Below, piece by piece: positions 1 to 9,354 of a DNA stretch of 64,000 nt. Origin of the DNA: Thermodesulfobacteriota bacterium. GTDB lineage: Bacteria > Desulfobacterota_D > UBA1144 > Nemesobacterales > UBA2774. The stretch's first letter is position 1. Each line of letters opens with the position of its first letter. Both the position numbers and the translations under genes were made by a program. The notes beneath the pieces were generated by a model. The model was not told where the DNA came from. It was given only the letters and a program-made list of their open reading frames with translations, and did not search any database. The stretch lies in NCBI GenBank assembly GCA_040754335.1, contig JBFMCV010000005.1, forward strand, positions 263,586-327,585, given 5' to 3'.

Positions 1-8
1 GGGGAGGG

Positions 9-2075
9 GTGTATCTCTTACGACTGGCTCGACCTGTTTTTCTGTTAATCGCTCTAAGCTTGGTTTCAATACCGACGATCGCAACTGCTCAGACTACGGG
101 CACCAGCTCTTCGTTCGGCGCGTTCGCGGACCTGACATTGCTGCCGCTTCTCGGCCCGGGCATCAACATCGATCTGGGACCCGTATCCACCGCTTCGGGG
201 AATGCGCCGCCCGATTATTCGGACTCTGACACGGTGCTGAGTGCCGGATTGTCCACAGGCCTGACGGGGAATATTCTATCGACCGGCGTCCTCGCGACGA
301 ACGCGAGCTCTGTTATCGCAAATGACAACACTTCTGCCGATGCCACGGTCGACGACCTGGCCCTCTCCATAGTGGGGGCGCTACAGCTTTTGACGATCGG
401 GGCCGATACCGTCGTTTCGACTGCCGATGTAAGCGGGGACTGCGGCACGGGCAGCCTGACGGCTACGGGGACGACGACGATAGAGGGAGCGTCCGTGGGA
501 GGAACGCTCGGGCTCGGTCTCAGCATCGCCGTGAACCCCCCGCCCAATTTCGAGCTCATTAACCTCCTCGGCATCAGGGTCGTGCTGAACGAGCAGATAG
601 TAACCGGCGACGGCGTTACCAGCAGAGGTATAACCGTAAACGCAATACACGTCGACCTGACGAATACGATTCTCACGCTGATAGGCGCACTCAGCGGGGA
701 TATTATTATTTCACAATCCCAGGCGCAGGTGCAGTGTAATGAGGTACAAGCATCAGCCGATCTCTCCATTACCAAAGCCGACAGTCCCGACCCCGTTACA
801 GTGGGTAACGTCCTCACGTACACGCTGACCGTGACCAACAGCGGGCCTGACCAGGCGACCGGAGTCACCGTCACCGACGTAATACCTTCGAGTTTTACGT
901 TCAACAACGCCACTCCCAGCCAGGGGACGTGCAACCCGCTCGTCGGCCAGACGCTCACCTGTAATCTGGGGACCATAGCAAACGGGGATAACGCCTCTGT
1001 TACTATATCTGTAACACCCACACAGGCCGGTATTATTTCAAATATGGCCGTAGTGTCGGGGAACGAGCCCGACCCCGACCCCGACGATAATTCGGATACG
1101 GAATCCACGACTGTCGAGGGGGCCGGTCCCGCGAGCGCCAATCTTTCGGTCGTAAAGTCGGACAGCCCCGACCCGGTAATCGTCAATCAGCAGCTGACGT
1201 ACACGGTTACGGTTACGAATCTGGGTCCCGACGACGCTACGAACGTCGTCGGGACGGACACTCTCCCCGCAGGCGCGACCTTCGGCTCCGCCACGCCGGA
1301 ACAGGGTAGCTGCGGTGAGGCAGCGGGAGTAGTAACGTGCAACCTGGGCGGCATTCCGAGCGGAAGCAGCGTAAATATCACGATCATAATTACTCCGACC
1401 GCTACCGGAACGGCCGTTAACACGGTCTCCGTTGCAGGTGACGAGAGCGATCCCGACAGCAACAATAATTCGGATACCGAAAATACGGCTGTCGATCCAG
1501 TTCCGCAGAACGCCGATCTTTCAATCGCAAAGTCGGACAGCCCCGACCCTGTAATTGTAAATCAGCCGCTGACGTATACTCTCACGGTTACTAATACGGG
1601 GCCCGACACGGCGACGAACGTCGTAGTGACTGATACACTGCCCGCTGGGGCCGTATTCGGCTCGGCCACGGCCGAGCAGGGGAGCTGCGGCGAAGCGGCG
1701 GGTGTAGTTACATGCAGCCTCGGAAACATAGCGGACGGGGACAGCGTGATAGTTACGATAACAGTTACCCCGACGGTCGTCGGAAACAACGTGAACAGCG
1801 CATCTGTGATAGGAGACGTCAACGACCCTGACCCGGGCGACAACTCTGATGACGAGGATACGGATGTCGATCCGGCCCCTCCGGGACCAACGCCGACAGG
1901 GCCTGTTCCGACGATCGATCCGTCAGAACCGCCGGGAACGCCACTCCCGGGTCCACGAATAAACTCGATACCCACACTCTCCGGCTGGGCGTCGGCAGGG
2001 ATGCCGCTGCTCATGGTGCTGATCTCGATCATGGTGCTCAGGAGGCGGGCTAAGAGGGGCACGGGAAACGTATGA
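9..2075 (+). CDS. Secreted surface protein with three or more DUF11 (conserved repeat domain) repeats, a Pro-rich linker and an IPTL-CTERM sorting signal. It may start just upstream of the window.
   Basis: N-terminal signal peptide (MYLLRLARPVFLLIALSLVSIPTIATAQ). Three repeats of the DUF11 pattern DLSI(T/A)KSDSPDPV..LTYT(L/V)TVTN.GPD.AT.V.VTD.LP. C-terminus PRINSIPTLSGWASAGMPLLMVLISIMVLRRRAKRG, i.e. IPTL/SEWG-like motif, TM helix, then an Arg cluster. The GTG start at position 9 has no room for an RBS, so the true start may lie outside the window. Confidence 0.8.
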   Translation: MYLLRLARPVFLLIALSLVSIPTIATAQTTGTSSSFGAFADLTLLPLLGPGINIDLGPVSTASGNAPPDYSDSDTVLSAGLSTGLTGNILSTGVLATNASSVIANDNTSADATVDDLALSIVGALQLLTIGADTVVSTADVSGDCGTGSLTATGTTTIEGASVGGTLGLGLSIAVNPPPNFELINLLGIRVVLNEQIVTGDGVTSRGITVNAIHVDLTNTILTLIGALSGDIIISQSQAQVQCNEVQASADLSITKADSPDPVTVGNVLTYTLTVTNSGPDQATGVTVTDVIPSSFTFNNATPSQGTCNPLVGQTLTCNLGTIANGDNASVTISVTPTQAGIISNMAVVSGNEPDPDPDDNSDTESTTVEGAGPASANLSVVKSDSPDPVIVNQQLTYTVTVTNLGPDDATNVVGTDTLPAGATFGSATPEQGSCGEAAGVVTCNLGGIPSGSSVNITIIITPTATGTAVNTVSVAGDESDPDSNNNSDTENTAVDPVPQNADLSIAKSDSPDPVIVNQPLTYTLTVTNTGPDTATNVVVTDTLPAGAVFGSATAEQGSCGEAAGVVTCSLGNIADGDSVIVTITVTPTVVGNNVNSASVIGDVNDPDPGDNSDDEDTDVDPAPPGPTPTGPVPTIDPSEPPGTPLPGPRINSIPTLSGWASAGMPLLMVLISIMVLRRRAKRGTGNV

Positions 2076-2087
2076 GCTAAGGTGACG

Positions 2088-2131
2088 AAATGAGGCGCAT
2101 ATGCCGTATCGCGGCTGAGCGCCTCTTTTCT
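2088..2131 (+). terminator. Possible intrinsic terminator after the DUF11 gene
   Basis: GAGGCGC ... GCGCCTC inverted repeat followed by CTTTTCT. The loop is long (about 23 nt), so this is weak. Confidence 0.3.
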
Positions 2132-2265
2132 GTCACCGGCAATCCCTCAAAAATTTCAGTACGATAATTTCTGTTAAAGAACAAAAGCCGTTGGGCGGAA
2201 TGACAGCTCAACGGCTTTTGCATATTAGAGGAGATATTGAGAATAGGGTTTCCTTGTTTAAGGCT

Positions 2266-2841
2266 TCAGTTTATCAAACCTTTTCTTCCCGAGTCTCTGC
2301 AGCACGCATTGAGTGCGAAAGAATCCTTATCGAGAACCCTGTCCATTGGAATAAAGTTCACTCTACTTTCGAGCCCCAGATCATCCGTACCGGAAGCTAC
2401 TTGTTTAGCTGAATCCCGGCATCCGTCGGCCGTTATGATTCTGTCGGGGTCAATTCCCATATCTATGAAATACTTTTTTATGGAGTCGGCTCTATCCGCG
2501 CCAAGCGTGTCCGCTGAATTCTCACCCGCACTGCAATACGCCTCGATCACGACGTCAATATCGGGCGATTCTTTGAGGACGCTGACATTTTCGTCGAGCA
2601 CTGGCTTCGCGTCATCCCTTATTTCAAAGCTGCCCGGGTCGAAGAAGACGTCCTTTAATTCGGGGATGTACGGATTGGGCAGAGCGGAGTCGGATGACGA
2701 GGCCGCGCCTGACAGTCCGGAGCCGGGCTCTTGCCCGTTTGAAACCGCGTGTACGTAGGTCGACGAGATCCCCATGACAATAAATACGCCGAGAACTGCA
2801 GCTAATAAATACCTATACCAAGAGTTAGAATGTTTATTCAT
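2266..2841 (-). CDS. OmpA/MotB-family peptidoglycan-binding protein (Pal-like)
   Basis: N-terminal TM/signal segment. C-terminal OmpA-like module (DVFFDPGSFEIRDDAKPVLDENVSVLKESPDIDVVIEAYCSAGENSADTL...ADRADSIKKYFIDMGIDPDRI), the typical OmpA_C pattern. Confidence 0.75.
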   Translation of the reverse strand: MNKHSNSWYRYLLAAVLGVFIVMGISSTYVHAVSNGQEPGSGLSGAASSSDSALPNPYIPELKDVFFDPGSFEIRDDAKPVLDENVSVLKESPDIDVVIEAYCSAGENSADTLGADRADSIKKYFIDMGIDPDRIITADGCRDSAKQVASGTDDLGLESRVNFIPMDRVLDKDSFALNACCRDSGRKGLIN

Positions 2842-3040
2842 ATCGATTACCTCCTGTAAATTGAGCTTGACTGCCTGGGGATAATAAGTGCAATCCCTGT
2901 GCCATAGCGGGGACGCTGAATAGTTCTATAATGCCGGGATATTACGGAGCATAGAGACAGATTCAGGCTATTAGAGATTTAGGGTTGTACAGATTCGTAC
3001 AATCCGGGTTGTTCGGAAATATACCGGGTAATCGGCCGTA

Positions 3041-3601
3041 TCAGGGGTTGATTTTATCGAGCTCCTGCTTTGCGAGAGCGGCTTCTCTCGAATCGGGGAA
3101 CCTGTCTATGAGAGTCTTGAAAAAGAATTTCGCCCCGTCAGGCCTCCCGATTTTAACGAGAGAAAGGCCCTGCTTCAGATAAGCGTCCGCGACTTTCCCG
3201 TCGTTCGGATAAGTGTCGATAAATACCTGATAAGCCAGTATAGCGTTCAGATACTGCCCCTCGTTGTAAAGGGCGGTTGCGCGCTGGTAGAGGTCTCCCG
3301 TAGGGGGTGGTGGTATCTCCTCGAGAGGGGATTCGCCCTTGGGCGACGCCGGCAGGACCCGCTTCTTCTGGAGGTCGTCCATTTTCATATACATGTCAGA
3401 ATAATTCTGCTCGAGGCTCCTGATTCTCGCTCCCTGAATTTCGAGTCTTCTCTGTATGTCGTTTAAATCACTTGACATGGCCGCGACTGTTTTTTCGAGG
3501 CTTTCCTGCCTCTCGTTGAGCTCCTGTATGGAACCGGGACCGGCGATGCAGCCGGCAAGCATGCACGAGAAAGCTAATATGGCGCAGATCGATATCTTCA
3601 T
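3041..3601 (-). CDS. YbgF/CpoB-like periplasmic lipoprotein (coiled coil plus C-terminal TPR)
   Basis: Lipoprotein signal MKISICAILAFSCMLAGC. Central coiled coil (LNDIQRRLEIQGARIRSLEQ). C-terminal TPR-like segment (YQRATALYNEGQYLNAILAYQVFIDTYPNDGKVADAYLKQGLSL). Adjacent to the OmpA-like gene. Confidence 0.6.
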   Translation of the reverse strand: MKISICAILAFSCMLAGCIAGPGSIQELNERQESLEKTVAAMSSDLNDIQRRLEIQGARIRSLEQNYSDMYMKMDDLQKKRVLPASPKGESPLEEIPPPPTGDLYQRATALYNEGQYLNAILAYQVFIDTYPNDGKVADAYLKQGLSLVKIGRPDGAKFFFKTLIDRFPDSREAALAKQELDKINP

Positions 3602-3671
3602 ATGCGACCCCGGGATTGTTCAATTGTCGTAGGGCATTAACTTGCTAAGTCTTTTTCACCCCGAGGAGAGA

Positions 3672-3700
3672 ATTATCTGATAATAATTCAGTGTTGTCAA
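3672..3700 (-). promoter_or_regulatory. Sigma-70-like promoter for the ybgF-like gene
   Basis: On the minus strand: TTGACA, 17 nt spacer, GATAAT (revcomp of plus 3695-3700 and 3672-3677), about 70 nt upstream of the start codon. Confidence 0.35.
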
Positions 3701-3738
3701 AGCGATCCTGATAATTGGCAAATACAGGTTTGTTTTCG

Positions 3739-3790
3739 CGGCTGGCCTGTCCTGAACTTGATTCAGGAAAGCCGCTCCTACAATCACGCA
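3739..3790. repeat. Copy 1 of a repeated intergenic palindromic element (GCTGGCCTGTCCTGAA ... TTCAGGAAAGCCGCTCCTACAA)
   Basis: Shares 5' arm GGCTGGCCTGTCCTGAAC and 3' arm TTCAGGAAAGCCGCTCCTACAA with 8341-8407. Contains the inverted repeat TCCTGAA/TTCAGGA. Confidence 0.5.
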
Positions 3791-3912
3791 AGATTCACGA
3801 TACAGGATGAGATTGCCGGGAAGTGGTTCAGGATTTGGCTCAACATGACAAGAAAATTAGAGAATTCCATCCGCGAATTATTTAACATCTACAGGGGGGA
3901 GGGGGAGATGAA

Positions 3913-3949
3913 TAAAAAAAGCGGCAGGGACGGGGCAAACGTCCCTGCC
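3913..3949 (-). terminator. Rho-independent terminator of the LysM gene
   Basis: Minus-strand hairpin GGCAGGGACG-(7 nt loop)-CGTCCCTGCC followed by GCTTTTTTTATTC. It lies about 70 nt past the stop codon of the 4021-4683 gene. Confidence 0.55.
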
Positions 3950-4020
3950 GGCATATTAACTTGAATAGCAGGCTAGCGCATAGCCGCTAAAGAAGTTAGG
4001 GTGTGTGAGAGTCTTTCGGT

Positions 4021-4683
4021 TCAGGCGCTCTTCTCGACCTTTTCCAGAGAAATGACCGTGCCGTTTTCGATTTCGAGCTTGACGAAATCGCCTACCGTCA
4101 CTCCTTCGAGCATAGTGTCGTCCTCGAATTTAGTGAAGGAATGTGTCATTCCCTGCTCGTCTTTAAGTGACAACTTGTCATTATCGGGGCTGATTTCCGT
4201 GATCTCGCCCTTGAGCTCCTGCTCACGGTTCATGGGCTGACTGTCCTCCGGCTTTTCGCTTTCCGTCATATCACCTGAGCCGGATTCGGCATCTTTCGCA
4301 GAAGTTTCTGCTGCGATATCCTGCTCCTGAGAGATTTCCTCATTATTCGCCTGGCCGGCCGCGCCGTCCTCAGCCGGAATCGTCAGCGTCTGCCCCTCGA
4401 AAATCCGGTCCGGGTTCTCGAGGTTGTTGGCCATCGCTATTTCCTGCCACCTGTCCTGAGACCCGAGCTGCTCTTCCGCTATCGTTGCGAGCGTGTCTCC
4501 GGCCTTAACCGTATACTGTCCGCCTACCGCACTGTGCTGATCCTGGGCCGGATCGAGCTGGTAATTCTCCGACGGCTGGCTGCCGTCTTCGGGATTTCCA
4601 TATTGATCGGCCGCATAAACCCCGCTCGCTCCGCCGAGAGCAAGCCCCGTAGCTAAAATCGATGCTAGTAATAAACGATTCAT
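4021..4683 (-). CDS. Secreted LysM-domain protein
   Basis: Signal peptide (MNRLLLASILATGLALGGASGVYAA). LysM motif YTVKAGDTLATIAEEQLGSQDRWQEIAMANNLENPDRIFEGQTLTIP. Acidic low-complexity linker and a C-terminal small beta domain. Confidence 0.75.
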   Translation of the reverse strand: MNRLLLASILATGLALGGASGVYAADQYGNPEDGSQPSENYQLDPAQDQHSAVGGQYTVKAGDTLATIAEEQLGSQDRWQEIAMANNLENPDRIFEGQTLTIPAEDGAAGQANNEEISQEQDIAAETSAKDAESGSGDMTESEKPEDSQPMNREQELKGEITEISPDNDKLSLKDEQGMTHSFTKFEDDTMLEGVTVGDFVKLEIENGTVISLEKVEKSA

Positions 4684-5013
4684 ATCTAATACCTCCCTGG
4701 TATAGGATTTTATGCATGCATATTCTATGCATACTCAAGGCAATAACGGCAAAAGCCGTGCCAGGTCTGCGCTCGCGTCGCATATTTTTAATGATTCCTT
4801 TTGGTTGCATTTAGAATTCGTCCGGCGGGGGGAACGAAGAATGACCGGTCAGTCGCATATGGAACAGAACAAGCTGTTTAGAATCTTACAATGCGGATTC
4901 TTTGCTGATATCGAGAGATTATTAATTTTCGGGTTTGAAAAACATTTAATTCTTCCGGGTAAAAGCTGGTAGAATTATCTTTTACCTCCGCAGAGGGTCG
5001 GGAGAGACTAAAA

Positions 5014-6282
5014 TTGAAACTCAGTAAACAGATAAGGCTCGGGTTCGGCCTCATGCTGATTCTCATGGTTATCATCGGGGGTCTTTTTGTATACAACGTC
5101 TACAGGCTGAACGACGCGGCTTCCAATATCGAGGGAAGGTATTCTACCCTGTATAAGCTGTTCTCGAACCCTGACAACACGATCGAGCCCGACCCCGGTA
5201 TCGGCAAGGAGATCGTCGACCGCGCCGTGGCGCTCGTCGACGAGCAGCTGAAATATAATTACACCTACGTATTGATCGCTGTCGGATTATCTTTGCTATT
5301 CGCGGGAATGATTACTGTCCTCTTCCCGTCAAAGATCACGAGACCGATTGAGCGGCTGATAAACGCCACAAAAACCGTAAAGAAGGGGGATTACTCCTAC
5401 AGGATCAAGAGCGTGGGGGAAGCCGACGAGATTTCCGCGCTGGCCGGCTCGTTCAACGAAATGCTTCAGAACATAGAGGACACCCACAGGAGCAACCTGG
5501 AGCTGCTCGAGCAGACAAAGAGGTTCAACGAGACCCTCAGGGAGAGGGTGGACGAGGCGACAAGCGAGATCAGGGAACAGCAGAACGAGCTTATCAAGGC
5601 GGAGAGGCTTGCGACGATCGGAGAGTTCGCGGCTCGCATAGCGCATGAGATAAAAAACCCGCTTTCGGGGATCACCGTTGCGCTTGAAATAATGAAAAGC
5701 AAATCGGATGACAATGACCAGCAGCAGTCCATTTCGGAGGTCCTGAAAGAGGTAAGGAGGCTCGATCGAATCCTGAAGGATCTGCTTCAGCTTTCGGTCC
5801 CGAAGGAAATGGATTTCAGAAAAGCCGATCCAAACGATATAGTGGAAAGGTCTATCCTTGTGGTGTCTCCGATCGCGGAAGAAAAGGGAGTGACCATAGA
5901 AACGGACCTCGGGTGCTCTGAAGAATTCAATCTCGATTATGAGAAGTGCCAGCAGGTCGTCATCAACCTCCTGATAAACGGAATAGACGCACTCGGGACG
6001 GGAGGAGGAAAGGTGACGGTCGGGACCGAAAGCGTCGACGGGGAGCTCCATATAAGAGTCACGGATACCGGCCACGGCATTCCGCCGCAGGATATAGATA
6101 AGGTCTTCGAGCCCTTTTATACGAGCAAAAAACAAGGTACCGGCCTCGGGCTCGCGATATCAAAAAGAATCGCGGAAGCACACGACGGGAGGATCACTGT
6201 TTCAAGCGAATTGGGGAAGGGTTCTACTTTTACGCTGGTTTTACCCGGGAGCTCAATGGAGAAAGCCAGAATATCGGTCTAG
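5014..6282 (+). CDS. Sensor histidine kinase (membrane anchor, coiled coil, HisKA, HATPase_c)
   Basis: N-terminal TM. H-box AHEIKNPLSGI. N/G1/G2 boxes (LINGIDAL, DTGHGIPPQDIDKVFEPFYTSK, GTGLGLAISKRI). Confidence 0.85.
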   Translation: MKLSKQIRLGFGLMLILMVIIGGLFVYNVYRLNDAASNIEGRYSTLYKLFSNPDNTIEPDPGIGKEIVDRAVALVDEQLKYNYTYVLIAVGLSLLFAGMITVLFPSKITRPIERLINATKTVKKGDYSYRIKSVGEADEISALAGSFNEMLQNIEDTHRSNLELLEQTKRFNETLRERVDEATSEIREQQNELIKAERLATIGEFAARIAHEIKNPLSGITVALEIMKSKSDDNDQQQSISEVLKEVRRLDRILKDLLQLSVPKEMDFRKADPNDIVERSILVVSPIAEEKGVTIETDLGCSEEFNLDYEKCQQVVINLLINGIDALGTGGGKVTVGTESVDGELHIRVTDTGHGIPPQDIDKVFEPFYTSKKQGTGLGLAISKRIAEAHDGRITVSSELGKGSTFTLVLPGSSMEKARISV

Positions 6283-6344
6283 TGTCGAGGCGCTCCTGTC
6301 GAGAACCCGAGTCCGCTGGTGTATTCTATGTCAAGGAGTAAAGA

Positions 6345-7721
6345 TTGAGCCAGACCGTATTGATAATCGACGACGAGGATTTCCTCTGTAAAAAATTGAG
6401 CGAGAGCCTCTCAGACGAGGGATTTCTCGTCAGCGCCGCCAACGACGGAGAGTCAGGGCTTCTTCTTGCCAGGAGAGACAACCCTGACCTGATCCTGCTC
6501 GACCTGAGACTCCCGGACATGGACGGGATCGAGGCCCTGGGCCAGATAAATAATATGGACCCCAGGCCCGTGACAATTCTCATGAGCGGGCACGGCAACG
6601 TGGACATGGCGGTCTCGGCCATTAAAAAGGGCGCGTATGATTTTATAGAGAAACCCTTTTCCATAGACAAGCTTAAAATAATCGTGAAGAACGCTCTCGA
6701 TAACGTCGGGCTCAAAAAAAACCTCGACACGAGGTTAAGGAGCGAGCAGAAGCAGTACGGGTTTCATGCATTAATAGGAAAGAGCGAGGCTATCAGGAAA
6801 ATTATCGAGCTCTTCGAGAAGCTCGTTACGACCGACCCCAAGACGGTGCTGATAAGCGGCGAGAGCGGGACCGGCAAGGGGCTTGCGGCGAAGGTTCTCC
6901 ACCACAACGGCGTGAGGGCTGAGAAGCCTATAATAGAGCTCAACTGCGCGGCGATTCCTGAAACACTCCTCGAAAGCGAGCTGTTCGGACACGAGGCGGG
7001 CTCGTTCACCGACGCTAAAAAGATGAAGACCGGAATATTGGAGGACGCTAACGGCGGGACTATTTTTCTCGACGAGATAGGGGATATGAGCCCCGCCCTC
7101 CAGGCGAAGCTCGTGAAGGCGGTCGAGGAGAGGACGTTCAGGAGGATCGGCGGCAAGAGGGACATAAAAGTAGACGTGAGGGTCGTCGCCGCAACGAACA
7201 AGGACTTGAAGGACCTGGTCGAAAAGAACCTTTTCAGGGAGGACCTCTACCACAGGCTCAACGTGATAAATTTCGAGATGCCGAGCCTGAGGGAGAGGAG
7301 GGAGGACATCCCCCTTCTCACGGAGCATTTTATAAGTTACTTCAACGTGGATTTCAACAAGAACATAAAGCACGTCCCCGAGGAAGTAGAAATGGCGTTT
7401 ATGGGCTACCAGTGGCCGGGGAACGTCCGCGAGCTACGGAGCACCATAGAGAGGGCGGTATTGCTCAGCGAAGGCGACACGCTCAACCCTAAGTACGTGC
7501 AGATCGACGAGCAGAGCAAGGGAGTAAAAATTCATGGCGACGAGCACAAGATGTTCTTCGAGCTCGATATGGACAAGCTCACGCTGGATACGGTCGAGGA
7601 GATGGTCATCAGGAAAGCGCTCGAGCTCAGCAGCTGGAACCAGACCAAGGCCGCCGATATGCTAGGGGTTACGAGACAGGTGCTCAGGAACAGGATGATT
7701 AAGATGGACCTGCTCAATTGA
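6345..7721 (+). CDS. Sigma-54-dependent response regulator (NtrC family: REC, AAA+ sigma-54 activator, Fis-type HTH)
   Basis: REC domain (LIIDDE...LLDLRLPDMDG). Walker A GESGTGKGLAAKVLH. GAFTGA-like GSFTDA. ESELFGHE. C-terminal HTH (TKAADMLGVTRQVLRNRM). Immediately downstream of the kinase. Confidence 0.9.
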   Translation: MSQTVLIIDDEDFLCKKLSESLSDEGFLVSAANDGESGLLLARRDNPDLILLDLRLPDMDGIEALGQINNMDPRPVTILMSGHGNVDMAVSAIKKGAYDFIEKPFSIDKLKIIVKNALDNVGLKKNLDTRLRSEQKQYGFHALIGKSEAIRKIIELFEKLVTTDPKTVLISGESGTGKGLAAKVLHHNGVRAEKPIIELNCAAIPETLLESELFGHEAGSFTDAKKMKTGILEDANGGTIFLDEIGDMSPALQAKLVKAVEERTFRRIGGKRDIKVDVRVVAATNKDLKDLVEKNLFREDLYHRLNVINFEMPSLRERREDIPLLTEHFISYFNVDFNKNIKHVPEEVEMAFMGYQWPGNVRELRSTIERAVLLSEGDTLNPKYVQIDEQSKGVKIHGDEHKMFFELDMDKLTLDTVEEMVIRKALELSSWNQTKAADMLGVTRQVLRNRMIKMDLLN

Positions 7722-7885
7722 TGTAATCGCAGAGATAAAATTCTCGTAACAAACCAGCCGAAAGTTCCCTCGTATCTTGATTGTTGGTAAAGAGATCTCG
7801 GTTTTGAGCTTTTCGGGAAAAAATTGTAATATGTCGCTTTATACGTGCATCAGTTTCCGTCTGGGGCTCGACAAAGGAGAATGAA

Positions 7886-8152
7886 ATGATGGAGATAATC
7901 TCGTGGATAATATTCGGACTCGTGGCGGGGGCAGTCGCAAAGATGCTGATGCCCGGAAAGGACCCCGGGGGCTTTATCGGCACTATAGCGATTGGCGTCG
8001 TCGGGGCGTTCGTTGGCGGGCTTATTGCCAGTATGCCGATGTTCGGAGGGACTCAAGTACAGCCCGGCTTCAACCTCAAGAGCTTTTTATTCGCGGTCGC
8101 GGGCTCTATCATTCTGCTGGCAGTGTACAGGTTGGTGAAGGGGAAGGCTTGA
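7886..8152 (+). CDS. GlsB/YeaQ/YmgE-family small membrane protein (transglycosylase-associated)
   Basis: MMEIISWIIFGLVAGAVAKMLMPGKDPGGFIGTIAIGVVGAFVGG is the hallmark of PF04226. Confidence 0.8.
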   Translation: MMEIISWIIFGLVAGAVAKMLMPGKDPGGFIGTIAIGVVGAFVGGLIASMPMFGGTQVQPGFNLKSFLFAVAGSIILLAVYRLVKGKA

Positions 8153-8303
8153 CCTAAGAACCTTACATCCTTCGACTGCACACTACGTGTGCGCTCAGGA
8201 TAAACGGTTTTTAGGAAAGGAAAATCCTCCCTAACCTATTTTGGCTTAGGCAACGACGACGCGGAAGATAATTTACTCATACGCCTTTGTTGGTATGGCG
8301 TCT

Positions 8304-8336
8304 GGTTCTTGCACACATTCAGAACCGTTCTTTTTC
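8304..8336 (+). terminator. Rho-independent terminator
   Basis: GGTTCT-(11 nt)-AGAACC hairpin followed by GTTCTTTTTCT. It sits about 150 nt downstream of the yeaQ-like stop. Confidence 0.5.
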
Positions 8337-8340
8337 TAAG

Positions 8341-8407
8341 GGCTGGCCTGTCCTGAACCATGTCCTGAATTTATTTCAGGATCTATTCAGGAAAGCCGCT
8401 CCTACAA
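8341..8407. repeat. Copy 2 of the same palindromic element, with a nested second TCCTGAA/TTCAGGA stem
   Basis: Same flanking arms as 3739-3790. The internal insertion duplicates the inverted-repeat core. About 85 nt upstream of the nif3 gene. Confidence 0.5.
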
Positions 8408-8491
8408 GGTATGAGGATTAAAGAAGCGAACCCGAGGGTTTTGTTCTAGTGAACTTACCAAGAATCCGTTAGTTGTGCATACTTTGAATCT

Positions 8492-9250
8492 ATGCCGAAG
8501 CTGAACAAGATCGTTGCATTCCTGGATGATTATCTCAAAACCGATGACATAGATGATTCCTCGTGGAACGGGCTCCAGTTCGAGGGAAAGGGGAATGTGA
8601 AGAAGGTCGCGTTTGCGGTGGATGCGGGAGTCGAGGCTTTCGAGAAAGCAGCCGGGGAGAAGACTGATTTGCTAGTAGTGCATCACGGACATTTCTGGGA
8701 TTTCCGCAACCCTTCCATAACCGGCTGGGCGAAGGAAAGAATAAGGATACTGTTCGAGAACGATATTTCTCTCTACGTGAGCCACAATCCGCTCGACAGG
8801 CACAAAGAGATCGGTCATAACGCGGAGCTCCTAAAATTGCTGGGCGCCAAGATTACGGAAGAATTCTTTCACTACCACGGGAAAAACATCGGCTGGATAG
8901 GGGAGGTCAAGAAGGGGCTTCCGCTCAAAGATATCGAGGAGAAGCTCAACCGTGAGTTAAGCACGATATGCAGGGTGCTCCCGTTCGGCCCGGATAGAGT
9001 CAGGTCGATAGCAGTCTGCAGCGGCGGGGGGAGCTACAGCGGGTTTTACAATGCGCTCGATGCGGGTGTCGATCTATACATAACCGGGGACGCGGTCGAG
9101 ATTTACCACACGGCGAAGGACGCGCGGGTCAACGTAATATTCGCCGGCCACCACGCGACCGAGACTCTGGGGTTAAAAGCGTTGTCCCGGATATTGAAGA
9201 AAAAATTCGGGATAGAGACGGTTTTCATAGACCTGCCGACAGGTTTATAG
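8492..9250 (+). CDS. Nif3-family dinuclear metal-centre protein (YqfO/YbgI-like)
   Basis: N-terminal LDDYLKTDDIDDSSWNGLQFEG...VAFAVDAG...DLLVVHHGHFW and C-terminal AGHHATE, typical of NIF3. Confidence 0.85.
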   Translation: MPKLNKIVAFLDDYLKTDDIDDSSWNGLQFEGKGNVKKVAFAVDAGVEAFEKAAGEKTDLLVVHHGHFWDFRNPSITGWAKERIRILFENDISLYVSHNPLDRHKEIGHNAELLKLLGAKITEEFFHYHGKNIGWIGEVKKGLPLKDIEEKLNRELSTICRVLPFGPDRVRSIAVCSGGGSYSGFYNALDAGVDLYITGDAVEIYHTAKDARVNVIFAGHHATETLGLKALSRILKKKFGIETVFIDLPTGL

Positions 9251-9354
9251 GGAATTCCCCGAACGGGGTTCCCGTCCATTCCCCACGCCAGCCCTTCAAT
9301 TGACAAAACATGCTCTAAGTCTTAGACTAATTTGAATTTGAGGAGGCGTAAGAG

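Noticed and set aside
2191-2758. Plus-strand ORFs (73 and 173 aa) overlapping the OmpA-like gene
   Set aside because: Antisense shadows of the well-supported minus-strand OmpA-family gene. No motifs or signal features of their own.
5329-7373. Minus-strand ORFs of 268, 134, 145 and 200 aa inside the histidine kinase and sigma-54 regulator genes
   Set aside because: High-GC antisense frames of confidently identified sensor-kinase and NtrC-type genes.
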